Below are positions 36,401 to 49,083 of a stretch of 64,000 nucleotides of DNA, in pieces (position 1 is the stretch's first letter; every line of letters starts with the position of its first letter). The notes under the pieces were generated by a model. The model made no database searches, had not been told where the DNA came from, and saw only the letters and a program-made list of their open reading frames with translations. The position numbers and the translations under genes were made by a program. Source of the stretch: Dimorphilus gyrociliatus (taxonomy: Eukaryota; Animalia; Annelida); NCBI GenBank assembly GCA_904063045.1, contig CAJFCJ010000026.1, forward strand, positions 598,964 through 662,963, in the 5' to 3' direction.

Positions 36401-38750
36401 CATTGCGCTTCATCAGAGAATCGATCAAAATGTCCAAATACGTCGACAATCGAGTTAGACTTAACCAACGCTACCTATTCAAAATTGTCCAACTCTCTAT
36501 ATTCCAATACAAAAACTATTGGAACCATACTTGCTAGCGAAAGAGGACGACGGTACCTGAATTACGTTAGGAAGGTCCGATAAACTAAGAGAGAAAAAGA
36601 AAGCGATCATACAAACGGCAAACCCACCTAACTCTTGAACAGAAGCATTTAACAGTCCGTTCCAAGACTGTGCTGTAGATCTAACGCGCTGTACAGATAT
36701 CGCCCACAAAATCTCTAACACCGGACTCTATGATGGTAGAATTCCAACTCTTTTCGGATAGGTGAGGAATGCCAGAGTCAATTATATCCGATTCTGCGCC
36801 GACCTTCCGAAAATTATACCGAACAATAGAGAAACATTCCCAAGAACAATCTAATGTAAAACACCTGGAAGTTTAGTTCACCGTACTCCTCTTACAAGAT
36901 GGAAGAGCTGTAGAGAGACTCATAGGACTCATCAAAGTCATGTTTTGTCTACATCAAAATTAAAGAAGAAACGCGCTTCATCATAGGAAGTTATACGCCT
37001 CCACAAAAGGACGAAATGGTGGAAGGACAAATATAAGATCCCCTTGCACACCGACGACTTGGCTCTTTACTTAGACCAACAAGCAGTTCGCAAATTTAAG
37101 CTGGGATACATTTCGAGACAGATATCTGATCGTACGTATGAGATCTACTCAGGACACAATCAAACAGAAAGAGATGCCAGAGTCATGAGATTCATAGAAC
37201 CTGTAAAACTACAGGCCAAAATCTTTATCTCCGAATTCCATGGTCTGAACTGGGACGACACATGCAAAAACGAAATTCACATCAACAAGATATTGAAGGA
37301 TATATCCAATCCCTATTCAATTATAAGACAGATTCCATCTCCTGATGCCATCCATATGTTCGCCGATGCGTCGGACATAGCTTATGGGGCAGCTGTATAC
37401 GCAGTTAGTGAAGGTAAAGGCTACTTGCTGGCATCTTCTTCTCGTCTCTTTTCCTTATCAATCCCGCGAGTAGAATTGACGGTAGCTATAAGAGCCGCGA
37501 ATTTATCAAATCATACAGTACCATTTTCCCAGTTGTATTAAGATTCAAGTCCAATGCTCAATCTCCACCTACTGATAGAATCAAGGACAACGAAGTGAGT
37601 AATAGAGAACTCGATGAACCCCAACGATACCAATAAATAAGTTTCTAGAACCTTATTCACTGTTTGAAGAGGAAGACGGAACCTATGTCATCATGGGAAG
37701 ATCAAACGAATCACAGCGAACAAAAAAGATCACAGTCGACGCCTGCCATCCTATTCTTACTAAGCTGATTAACCATATATTAAACAACTGGAACCATCTC
37801 GATGAACCGTCGCCCTATAAGCTTCGGGATAGAGATTTCTTTTTATCACAGTGAAAAATGGGGGAGTGGGTGAAGTGATTTGAGAAATAAGCTCAATAGC
37901 TGATAGCTTTATCTTTTCTACCTAGGGTTATTATCACTCCAACTTTTTATGGATTACAGTCTCTCATCCGACAGGAAGAGAACAATTTTCAGATTTTTTT
38001 TAAATGTTTTGAGACAAATCAGATTATGAAAACCAGGCAATTGGTCTCATCAAGAGGAATGTTCTTTCACCTCAGATATTTGGTCACGTGCCACTTTTTA
38101 ACTCCTCTAAATTTTTGTAGGAAGTCTAAAGGTGCCAAGTCTGGGGCCAATTTTGTCTTCTTACGAAGATGCAATCATACTTTTTGTATTGTAGCCAATC
38201 AGCATCCACATCCTTTATCAACCTTTCAAATAGTCTCTTGAGCAATATCCAATATTTTTGCTATAGTGACGATTAAGGCTATTATAGCCTTGTCAGCTGT
38301 GCACAACAATACCTGGAATATCTGAATAATCTCAACACTTTCTTCTACGACTCTGAAAAAGGTAATCGATGTTAAATTGGGTTAGACTGTTATTAACAAT
38401 ATAAATAAAGTTGTTCAAGTATTTCTTAAACGTTATTGTCAAATCTTTTTTGTATTAAAATATTCTAGCAATCTAGGGGAACCTCTATTAACGATCCATG
38501 TATAACTTCAAGCTGGGATATATCACCTATAAAGTCACAGAACGTAATTTGGAAATTCATACCGGGCACAGCAAAATTGAGAAAGACGCAAGAGATATAA
38601 TCCCTTACTCACCGAATGAGCCTCTTTCCGTTCCTCTTCCCTCGGCCAGTGTAGTCGATGAACAACGTGCCAAACTAATCTACCATTATCACTATAAACG
38701 TTACGTGCCCATATTTAAAGCCTATGGTATCATTCTTTTTCTCTGCATTT
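33487..38750 (+). mobile_element. Decayed BEL/Pao element with nested insertions and rearrangements
   Basis: Matching LTR relics at 33487-~33710 and 38650-~38750 (tgtagtcgatgaac...gtgccaaactaatctacc); gag, RT (MTRHIFGATSSP, FYMDN), RNase H (HMFADASDIAYGAAVY) and integrase pieces; extra LTR and gag piece at 35153-35520. Confidence 0.8.
35590..35860 (+). mobile_element. Tc1 transposase catalytic-domain relic nested in the Pao element
   Basis: MDSEQYINILK...IFHQDGARCHTSK...PAQSPDLNIIENLWAVLKKRV. Confidence 0.85.
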
Positions 38751-38759
38751 AATTGTCTT

Positions 38760-39260
38760 GAATTAGCAGGGTCACTCAATGCTGTGCGTGATTATGTTAC
38801 GTAGTCAGGGAGTTTTTGAAAGTGATAGAATCTTACAATGATGTTCTATAACAATAATGTTATATCTAAGATCTTCGCCATTATTAGGAGTGGTGTTCTT
38901 TAATCAGCTTAGAAATGCTATAATTTCTTCTCGAATTAGAGGGGCGTTTATGCATCCTTTCCTAAATTCGACGTCCAATGCCTCGACCTTGTCGGGGTCA
39001 AATACTGGTGACTGTAGCAGCCACGTCGTTAGATCAGGTTCAACTTCCACTGGGTATCTTCGTAGGGGATGGATTAGTTATTTGTATACATGTGTATTAT
39101 CACGTTGCAGTTCATCCATTACTTTTCAGGCGTTCTTCCAGAGGATGATTATCTCAGATACCAATCGCGGTTTGTACTTGTAACTGTTCAACGAGCAAAT
39201 GTTTTTCCGTCGTGATACCAATCTTGTTTACGGTGATGTGAAGCGGTTTTTGGGATAAAA
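38760..39260 (-). pseudogene. Family U, best-preserved copy
   Basis: HPLEERLK / VMDELQRDNTHVYK*LIHPLRRYPVEVEPDLTTWLLQSPVFDPDKVEALDVEFRKGCINAPLIREEIIAFLS*LKNTT. Confidence 0.65.
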
Positions 39261-39359
39261 CGAATCTATAAGTTCAGTTTAGTTCTGTAAAGAAATGTTG
39301 GTCTGTGACTTTCCAAGAACAATCAGGATAACATGAAAAGATGAGTATAATCTTGGAAA

Positions 39360-40150
39360 TTCAGTTTTCAGAAGAGATGCAATAACCTCAAAAAAAGACT
39401 GAAATAATTAAAACAACCATATATCTCTTCTATTTAACGAATTTTGGTGTAAAAACTCAAAAAGACCTGAAGAAATATAGAATAAAAAACGTTGTCCAAT
39501 TAATTAGTTCCAAAACTCAGCCTATAATTAAAACAACAACAACAACAACTCACAACGTGGCTATCACGTGACTATTTTGTATAAATATAGGAGAAAATTG
39601 ACGGTGGATTGTCAGTTACCAAATTGAGAAGACCCCGTCGTTTTCTCTGTCAGATTTTTCTCTGATTTTATACGTTTTTCAATAAGTTTTTTCAAGGATC
39701 TCGCAAAAATCAAAAGACGGAAAATTTCAATTTTCATTTTCTTAAACATTTGAAATGATTAACATGATTCTCTTCACTCCAAACACTTCACCAATCCCAC
39801 TTGACACTCATTTTGGTAACTTAGGAAATGCAACATGGCCTAAAATTGCATGTTGCACCTTTTTTTAACTGAAAATAAAAGCCGATAAATAATTCGGCAA
39901 AAAAAACATGACTCGCTTAAAGTTGGTCATGTTTTTTACGGTGCAACTTTGTTGCGTTCACTTTCACCGGAAGTGACGTCATGGATTTCCATGTAATTCA
40001 CCGAATTAACAAATTCACAAATTTCTCTTCTTACATCGACAACTAACAGAGTATCTCTTTGTTTGATAAAAGTGAAATTTGCAGTATTAGTCATAGGGTA
40101 AGTATTTAAGCAAAATGTGTGGCCTAGCATATAAAAGCATTTGGTTTCTT
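39360..40150. repeat. Repeated intergenic module, copy D (core 39492-39718)
   Basis: Core differs from copy A by 1 substitution and (aac)n length. Confidence 0.92.
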
Positions 40151-40700
40151 TTTAGTAATTTTGGGAAAAGCCGGTAATGACATCACTGAAAAACGTGGAA
40201 TATAACATTCGAAAGTGGAGAACAACTGAGAAAAAAAACACGTTTAAATCGAAATTAAACTTTTTCTGAGAAACGAAAACAAGATTAACCAAAATCTGAT
40301 TAGCATCGAGAAAAAGTAACGTTTACGCACAAATAATAAAGACAAAATTTAAAACTTAATTATGTTAAAGAAAGTGAAAGTGAAAGACAACTGATTCAAC
40401 TCAATCGGCTTGTAACAATTTTGTTGAAAGAACGAGAGAATGATGCCCAGCTAATTGATAATTGACTACTTTGTTGGAAAAAAATGACAAAGCTACAATG
40501 AACGATCAAAAAATCAAGTTGACAATTTCCGCTTGGATATTATCGATCATAAAAAATTTTGTATTAAAAACAAAGTTGGATCTAACGCTTAAATTATCTT
40601 ATTTTGAAGATGACGAAATCTATTTGATCGAAAAAATTAGACGCTTTTCAATTTATATCAGTAAATACAAAAAAGTTACCTTTTTCGCGATTTATCGCAA
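40150..40700 (+). pseudogene. Ig/FN3 gene family, internally deleted copy
   Basis: gggaaaagccggtaatgacatcactg; FN3-like gaaagaacgagagaatgatg...gactactttgttggaaaaaaatgac; TKLDLTLKLSYFEDDEIYL. Confidence 0.6.
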
Positions 40701-40819
40701 GAGGAAATGATCAACGAATCTTCTAATTGTACAATGATGAAAGACCAGTCAGTAAGATTGATAAACAAGATATGAAGACTCAAAAGCTTAATTATCAACA
40801 ATTTCGTTACCGAATATCA

Positions 40820-41080
40820 ATTTTTGTATGATTTCTTGTATAACTAGAGAGGCTTTGAAGCATCCTTTCCCAAATCGCCGGCCAATGTGTCTACCTTATC
40901 GGGATCAACTACTGACTAGGGTAGCAGCTATGTTGTTAGATCATTTTAAACTTCCACTATGTGCCTTATTAGGCAACTGTAGTTCATTCTTTACTTGTTT
41001 AGGCGTTCTGCCAGAAGGTGGCCACTCAGGCATTGGTATGTCGCATCTGGGGCTTTTTTTTATCAATTTCCATGCATATT
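40820..41080 (-). pseudogene. Family U copy
   Basis: KAPDATYQCLSGHLLAERL...IVEV*NDLTT...VVDPDKVDTL; gtcgcatctggggcttt shared with 9.0 kb. Confidence 0.6.
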
Positions 41081-41099
41081 AATTTACAATGGTTGACTT

Positions 41100-41750
41100 G
41101 ATAACTTTTGGTTCATTTGGTTATCGATATCGGGGCGAGCAGGATTATTGTAGCCTTCTATGATTCGGTTGACCCTTAGGGCATCACGTCGTCCAGTTTA
41201 AAAGCCTTTTCTAATCTAGCCAGAACGAGGTTGTGCGCCTTTGATCATCTGTACCGTGTGAGCTACATTCTGGCAGTACATGGAGAAGGGTTTCTGATAT
41301 GCCAGATGTTCAGGCATCTTCTGCAGGTTGTTGAATGGTTGTTATCGAACATGTGGATGATGGAATTTAATTTCCTTCCAATCCAGTCTCGATGAAGGCG
41401 GCGTTAGCATAAGGAAGACCGCTTTAGTTGGTCGTTATTTGTCTGGCCAGTTTCAAGGGTTTGGATCGATCCTGGATTGTTTTACATCCAATTACCTTTC
41501 ATTGTTCCTTTCAATTTAAATCTACGATCGTGCCAACGCCCATTGACAGGGTAGGGTCTTCCTTCCAATTTTCCTAAATTGGCACGAACAGCCCTCCTAA
41601 TTAAACGGTCAGCCCAGTTTAGGAACAACGCTTGGCGTTATCCTATTGGCGAAGCCCATCTTCTCCAGAAAGCTGGGGATTAGACGATGCGGGCAGGTCA
41701 ACAAAAGCGATAAATGTCTACAATAATTCAGGTTGTGTTCCGAGCATCCT
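41100..41750 (-). mobile_element. Relic of an RLE-type non-LTR retrotransposon (R2/NeSL/Utopia/HERO-like), C-terminal region
   Basis: TCRRCL..ETLLHVLPEC (CCHC knuckle), HNLVLARLEKA (RHN motif), LRVNRIIEGYNNPARPDI (PD of the restriction-like endonuclease). Confidence 0.75.
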
Positions 41751-41899
41751 TTCGTCGCCAGAAACCTTTTTTGATTTTCTTGAAGAAGATGATGGTAAGA
41801 CTAACCTTTTCAAAGGGTTTTTGTATTCATAAAAGTATCAACGCCAATAACATGGATTATGAAAATTTAGAAAGTTTACAATACGACATACATGTTAAT

Positions 41900-43150
41900 T
41901 TTTTTTCTGTCTGTTTGGACACGATTTACCTTTTGGTAAAAAAAAACCAGACCCAACCTTTTCGGTTCATGTTTGTTTGGATTTGGATATTTGTGTTGCA
42001 ACACGAAATACTTTCCAAGCTGATCCAACAAGTAAGCTTCCAGGGTTAATACTAATAATAAGGTTTTTTGGTGTGTGAAATACAGTGGAGATGAAGGAAT
42101 ACATAGCTGAAGAAAGATATAAAATTACTGGAAAACCTAGCATATTTGTATTGTTAAGAATGAATTTATCCACAAGATCCAGATTGTTACTGCATAATTT
42201 GATCCTCATTTCAATCTTCCTCTTAATATATCTTCCAGAAAAAGCTTCTATAAGATTAAACACTAGGCTGAAGACTTCATCCTTGTATTACTTTCTGAGG
42301 AAAAGTGTTCAAAAGGCGTCCTTTTCAGATCGACCGATCAGTGAACACAAAAGTCTTCTAGAATCTACGAAAGCACAGGACTGCCATCCATACTATGACA
42401 ATGTCTTTCGAGACTTATTTATCAAATGAACTTAAAAAAATCCTTGGAAACTGGTAAAATTATCAAAGGGAACTTGATTGTTTTAATTACATATTCGAAT
42501 TGTTCAAATAATTGACTATTAACTGAACAATATCAGAGTATCCTTCCTGTGAATGAGGTCAGTAAATAAGTTTTTCTCTGCATCGCCTCCAAAGGCTGGT
42601 CTTTAATCACCTCACCTATCTTAATAGTAGCTTTCTTTGTTTGGCCATCCCTGAACGATTGCACAATAGAGTTCTCAGATAGGCTGTTTGTCTATCCAGT
42701 TTTGATATCATTTCCAAATTGTTTGCATCCCAAACCTTAAGTGATTTATAAAGGAATTCAGTTATTTTCTTTCCTGTTTCTCTACTCTAAATTCTTAGAT
42801 GTTCATCCCAATCTTTTCACACTTCCACACTTTAAGACCCGAATGGATCATAGACAATCTCAGGTCAAGTAAAAAATCTTAATATTCTTGATGATTTGCA
42901 ATGAAAATTCAATAAAAGACCACGACCACGATAGGGTCATTATTCCATAAGATTCTATTCATTTCCATCACAGAATAACCCTTTCAATAACCACGATTTC
43001 ACCACAGCAATTCCTAACAGCTGCATTAGTTTGATAGAATCAAGTGCAATCATGGCCCAGTGATGAACGCGATAGAATGGAAATCTATTGGCTCTGTTAG
43101 ATAATATCTATTAGATAAGGGTTTCATATTCTCATGTTTTGCATATAGCT
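41900..43150 (-). mobile_element. Highly degraded LINE-like relic
   Basis: Fragmentary RT-like frames (FGNDIK..., SIVQSFRDGQTKKATIK); clade not assignable by eye. Confidence 0.3.
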
Positions 43151-44369
43151 TCTTCATAATTGATTTAATCTGTATAGTTCTATTGCTATTTTATTTAAAT
43201 GATGGATTCTTGTAGTTTTCATAGATAACGGTTAGGGTTAGGTTAACCCTACATAACATGTTTGGAAAATTACATATACAGTATAATACAGTATAACCAA
43301 ACAAACAGTTAAAATAGTCATGAAGTTGGATTTTGATGATTTCATCTAACGGTCTAAACATAATTTCAAAGAGTTCTCATTCTATTATCAAAATTGATTT
43401 GGGTAATTGAACCTAAACCCTAACCCCAAGTCCTAATTCTCAAAGAATTGAACCTCCCTTGTAGTAGTGAAGGAGTAATCAACAAGAAAAGGAGAAGAGT
43501 GAGCAGTCAAGAAGGAGGTGGAGAGGGAAAGAATGATAGTAAAGGCAAGGGCAAAAAGAGGAAGACCAAGAATAAGAAGGGTCAATTTACCAGCACTGGT
43601 ACTTCCTCAAATAATCCTCAGCATCCCCTCAATACCAAACTACAGAGGATATCAAAAGGATTGTGAAAGACAGTTTAGGTGAGGAACTACCTAAACTGAA
43701 GACAGAAATGATGGACTTTTTTCAAAGGTACAATGTCTGTGCAAGGTAGTGGAAATAATAATCCATACACCACTCATGGTGATACCACACCAGTAGTGCA
43801 GAGAGTATAAATCCAGATCAGATCACAAGCAACCATAAATAAGTCCATCAGATCTCTCTCTGAATCCTCCTCCAGCACAGTTAATAAAACAGGAAGGAGG
43901 AATTTAAACAATCAAGAAAGGGGAAAACCCAAGCCAAAATAGTAGGTAACTTGGAGCAATGTAACAATATATCCAAGCCAATTCGTTTGTTAGATATATT
44001 ATATAATCAGAGTGTAGATGGTTTGGTTTTAAATTCAAAGTCCAAACTGGAGGTTAAATCAGCCCTCAACTTAGATTCAGTGGTATTTCATGATGCGGTA
44101 ATGAACAGGGCTCTGGACCGCCCCATGAAACTAGGATTGGCCATATATGTACAGAGAAAGGAACATAGAATTGATTTTAGGTCTTCCTTTGATACATTTT
44201 ATGAGAGGCTACTAATAGATTGCTATACCTGAGGTTACGTGAACAGGTTATCCTCTAAATTGGTGTAGAACAGCAGTGACGAATACCTGATCCTAAGGTT
44301 ACAGCTGCCGAATATCAGGAATAGGTGTAACAACCACTTGCGACCTACGTCTTTTTTCAAAGCGTCATA

Positions 44370-44470
44370 GCTCCTAAACGGCAGGGCCGATTTGGCTCAA
44401 ATCTTGTACAGAGGTTGGTTCGTACCAGGACTAACCTTATACAAAATTTCAAGGAAATCGGAGCACTTAC
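44370..44470. mobile_element. DINE-1/Helentron-like short element fragment
   Basis: tagctcctaaacggc..gccgatttggctcaaatcttgtac...atacaaaatttcaaggaaatcgg with ccgattt/aaatcgg inverted arms, a pattern common in such elements. Confidence 0.35.
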
Positions 44471-47199
44471 CTGAAATTATCGGAAAAATTTAAAGTCATT
44501 CCAACTACACTATTATTCGTTATTACTTACCAATCTTCATTTTTATCTTTTTCTTCTTTCAGCTAAACATTTCTATTCGATTAACTCTCAAAGCGGTGGA
44601 TAAAAGGGACGGCACTGACTATTAATTTGCTCAAAGATTAACAATTAAGACAAACCAACAATGAGGGATAAATGAGCTGTTCGATGAAGCTCAACTTAAT
44701 GATAGAAAAGGTTTTTTTGAATCATTTACCTTTCAGAGATTTGAGAAGCAAGTCTACTTTCTCAAAGATCTCTTGCCAAACGAAAATCGTAACCCTAACA
44801 TAACCCAAAGTTGACGAAGTTGAACAGATAATTCCTAATTACAGGTATTTTTTCCATACTCACCTATATTATCTATATAGGAGTTGTATACTCTTTATAA
44901 TGGTTAGAACGTTGAAAATGCACTCGTATTTGATTGTCATAATACTATCTGGTGCAGTAGCTCTGGTCATCAATTGTTCGATTAGACCAGAGTATCCTCT
45001 CAACAGGTAAATTATGACAGTTATCTACCTGTTAAGCTGCCTCCTAACCACGCGTGGTTGGTCCATTTGCGTTTGAAGTGCCAAATATTCTTTGAAGAAT
45101 AATAGCTAACTGTCGAATATAGATCCTTTCCTTAGCCCTTCGTTTAGTCATTAATCCAATTTTGCCAATATTTTCGAACTTACCTAGCAACCATCTGCTA
45201 ATTCGTTATTCCTCACCTCCCTATTTATTAGGGTTAGGGTTAGAAAAAGATATTCTTCCTCTCATTCTGTCCATCTGTCTCTTTATTGCAAAGACTGGGA
45301 TTCATCACCTAAAGCAATGATGATGTAGTCTCTTTGGAAAATTATCCTATATGCTATTGTGTGTATTGTTTCACACCGAATGTCAAAATTTTCGAGAAAC
45401 TCTACTTTTTTAAGCATTATTTACCCTGTGATTGCTGTACTTGCAATAATTGCTAGGCTCATCTGCAGTGCGAAGATACTGCAAAAGGAGAGGAGTGGAT
45501 TGCACATCTGTATTAGAATGACCATCTTGTCTACATTTATCGGAATCTACCCTAACCCTAATCGGAATCATTTCCGGTTTATTGCATTTATGCAAATCCC
45601 AAGCCGATATATGATACGCCTAAAAGGACAACTATCATCTTCCTGTAAAATTGACACCAATATCTCAACATCCAACTGCTAATTCTTTGATTGAGCAATG
45701 ACAAACAAACTGTTTGATTTTAAATTAAAAGCCGAATAAATAAATAAACATGTATAGGCAGTCTGACAGTTGATGAGTGTGTTTGTCAAAGTTCAAAAAG
45801 GTTCTCACTTGCCGTGAAAAGTCAACATTCTCTCAATATTTTTCTATATAATAGTATAGGTTCAATAAACCATAAGTAATATTGCTCTCGCTTCCTCTCT
45901 CTTCCATGGTTTGTTTGCTATTTAAAGGCTTCGTCAGTTTTGGTCTTTGAATAGGCCCAAAGCCTGTTGATTTGTTGATAAGTGGAATACCCTTCAGATC
46001 GTTAACACTGTAACACTGATGGCAGAGGCCATATAAGATATTGTGAAAACTAAAAAGGGTTACCTCTGAAAGATATTATGACCAACAAAATGTATTATCA
46101 TCTTCATAGGATAGATGAATATCTATTACAGTCTTTTTTAGATTTTCAAGAGAATCAACTTTAAGCGACAGGTTAGCTAATTTCTCTTAATCTCTTTCCC
46201 TTTCTCACTTGATATTTGGCTGTAGTATTTGCACAATTGTTTGACGACGGTAAACCTTCCTGATTCAATTGAAGCTACTGTCGCCTATGTCCTTAATCAT
46301 TACCATACCTCTGACCAACAGAATGTAGCGATTATTGGTCTTTGGAATCTGGCAAAATCGTGCACACCTGTCACCGTTTCGTACGGCGGCTTCCGATTCG
46401 TCGATTGACTTAGACGTAAAGCGGTGGTAGAAGAAAAAGTCAAGAGTGGGATGAGCTGTTTGAGTCCTCTATGAAAAGATAAACTATTAACAGAGATAGC
46501 CAGTAACCTAAGGCTCTTGATAAGAGGGAAGAGAGATAGATCGATAGCTTCTCTATAGTCGACTCTGCAATAGGAAGATTGAGCTTAAAAGTGGCAACTA
46601 TAATATTATCCCAAAAAGTGGAGGAGGAGGGGAACCGTTCCCAATCCTGTCTAGCAATATTAAAACTATCACCAACATGTTGTTTCTCAAGATTTCTCAA
46701 AATGTTCTTTTTCAAGCGAGGACTTCCAGAAGGTTAGATAATTAATGTCTAAAAGGGAGAACGAGAGACTAGATGGAATAAAGGAATTGTAAGGGCTAAA
46801 CATGCTGTCTAAAGGTCGGTAGGGTTGTTCCAGTCTTATCATCTAACTTAGGCACATTAATCAAAGATTATGTTGATTCACTTACATGACGTCATGAATT
46901 CGTCTATTCAACCTATCCGGTTGATCTAATTCTTTGAATTTTATCTTTATTGTTCGACGATTCTCTTCGCTATTTTTATTTTTTTTCTTGTTAAAATGAC
47001 GTAACATATATAGTATTTCCCAAAAACACGTGTATTATTATTGATAAATATACGCATATTTCTAGCGCTTGAGTGTAATCATTTAGTTATTTTTTTTTGT
47101 TAATAAGACTTGTTTATAATATCATTAACTCTTTCACATTAAAAATTGTATTTTGTAACTAAAACAAAAAAGTTTATTCGGAATTCTGCCAGTTGGTAA

Positions 47200-47255
47200 A
47201 TCCATGACGTCACTCTTTACGTCACGCAAATTCAACGCATTTAAAATGGCCGACT
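47200..47255. promoter_or_regulatory. Promoter-like motif cluster (CRE and YY1)
   Basis: tgacgtca 47205-47212, a half-CRE acgtca, and aaaatggccg 47243-47252, at the edge of the gene-dense region. Confidence 0.4.
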
Positions 47256-49083
47256 TGATTCACATGCTCTATCGTCAAGCCACATTTCCTTAAATAAAAC
47301 AATATAGTGGTGCTTGTGAACAGCTGTGATAAGGCTGAGAAGCGAGTGGAGTTATACTCTTTATCTGAGGGAAAAAAAAGAAATGTATTTGAAAACTGTG
47401 ATACAAGACATGTTAATGAAGTTCCGGTAGTCTTGGAAAGAAGTTGATATCCCAGATATATTTGCTGGACAAAGAACGAAGCTAATTAGAAAGCTGTATT
47501 TCGAAATAAAGTAATTTTGATGAAATCCTCCGAAAAGAAAATAGAAAAGAGATTCAATTTTATGATTGAGAAAAAAAAGAGTCACAAGCTACAACGGCGT
47601 GTAAAATATTGACACTTTCCACGTTGTACAACGAAACTAAAGACACTTGTAGAGTTTCAAGATGAAATGGCAACTCAGATTTTTTGCCACTTCCAAACTG
47701 TTCGTAAAGAAGACTTTATAAAGAGATGAATGGAAAGCGAAGATCTTTATTCTTGCTGGGAAAAACTTATTCAAAAATGTATAGGTAACGTAAAAGAATT
47801 TTAAAAATGAAACACAATTAATTAATTAATTAATTAACAATTAAAATATAACTAAACAGAACTTTAACGTTGGAAAATTACACCTTCGGAAGTAGTCATA
47901 AGGAGACGATGAGAATCTTTTAACTTCTTTGTCTTCGAAAATTGGAGATTTAATTGTTTACATTTAATCGACAAATACAAGCTAACTATGTACGAAGAGT
48001 TAAAGAGGATGAAGAAAACAAATTGAGAAGATAATCAATCTATTCATTCGAAAGAAAGAATGAAAGAAAACAGTTCCATTAGAACTGTCTATTATTTGTA
48101 GGTAAGAAAAAACGCTTATTTCTAATTAGTTCAAATAAATTGATTTAAATTTTTCTTTTTTTGTATTATAGAAAGCAATGAAACGGTTATCGTTATCTGA
48201 AAGTTCACTTATAACAAAAGGAAATAGGTAGCGTTAATTTCTTGAACAAAAATGTGAAGGAATAATTTGAGATTTTTGTTCTTGTTAGAATAAACTTATT
48301 AAAAAATGCATAGGTAGAGTATAAGAAATAAACTGATTTTAAATTATTGATAATTAAATAATCAATGAGATCACTGGTAGTTGACTATTGGATGGAAACA
48401 TAAAAGGAATAGTAGATGGTGAGTCTTGTTCCAACGGCAGGAACTCAATTGATTTTATTCTGAAAGATATCATCCGAAACAATGATAGTGTTATCGCCAA
48501 TGTGGAGGAAGAAATGTTTGGTTGATACAGTACGTATAAATTAAATAAGTTTTAGGATTATTCGTCAATCTTATTAAAAGTATAAATATAGATAGATACG
48601 GCAACGAAGAGCAAAACAAAATGTACTGCTGCCTGTAAAATAAAATATATTTAACAAGAAAGGTATTACCTCTATTAGTTTGTCTGTTAACCAAAAAATA
48701 AATTCAATATCAACATCTAACAGAGGTGATATCGATAGGAGGTAGATAAGCTTCCGTCTTTGGATATAAACAAAAGATAATATTAATCTTATTAAGTTTT
48801 TGAAGACTGATTTTAGGAGATGATTCAAAGTTATAAATCTATTAAATGAATTGATTTTTGTTAGTTAAAAATTTTTCGGTAATTTAGTAAAGTTAGTGTT
48901 TTGTATTTCGTGCTAAAGCAACCGGAAGTTGCATAAATAATTACCAGTTTCTTGAAAATGGTACCATAATCTTTCTCTGTTATTATACACGTGCAGAGTT
49001 GCATATTCAATTGAAAATTGTTGTTTTCTCTCTTTAATTAAATCCTATTTGAAGATAAATTTGAAAATACCAACTCGAAAGCA

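Noticed and set aside
38857-39183. 108-aa plus-strand ORF, and similar ORFs at 8936, 15453, 23923, 50335, 50651, 54966, 55599 and 61674-62195
   Set aside because: Antisense or off-frame shadows of real genes, TE relics or the pseudogene families
13635-40150. Repeated modules as a CRISPR-like or satellite array
   Set aside because: Eukaryotic context, kilobase-scale irregular spacing, and no short repeat-spacer periodicity
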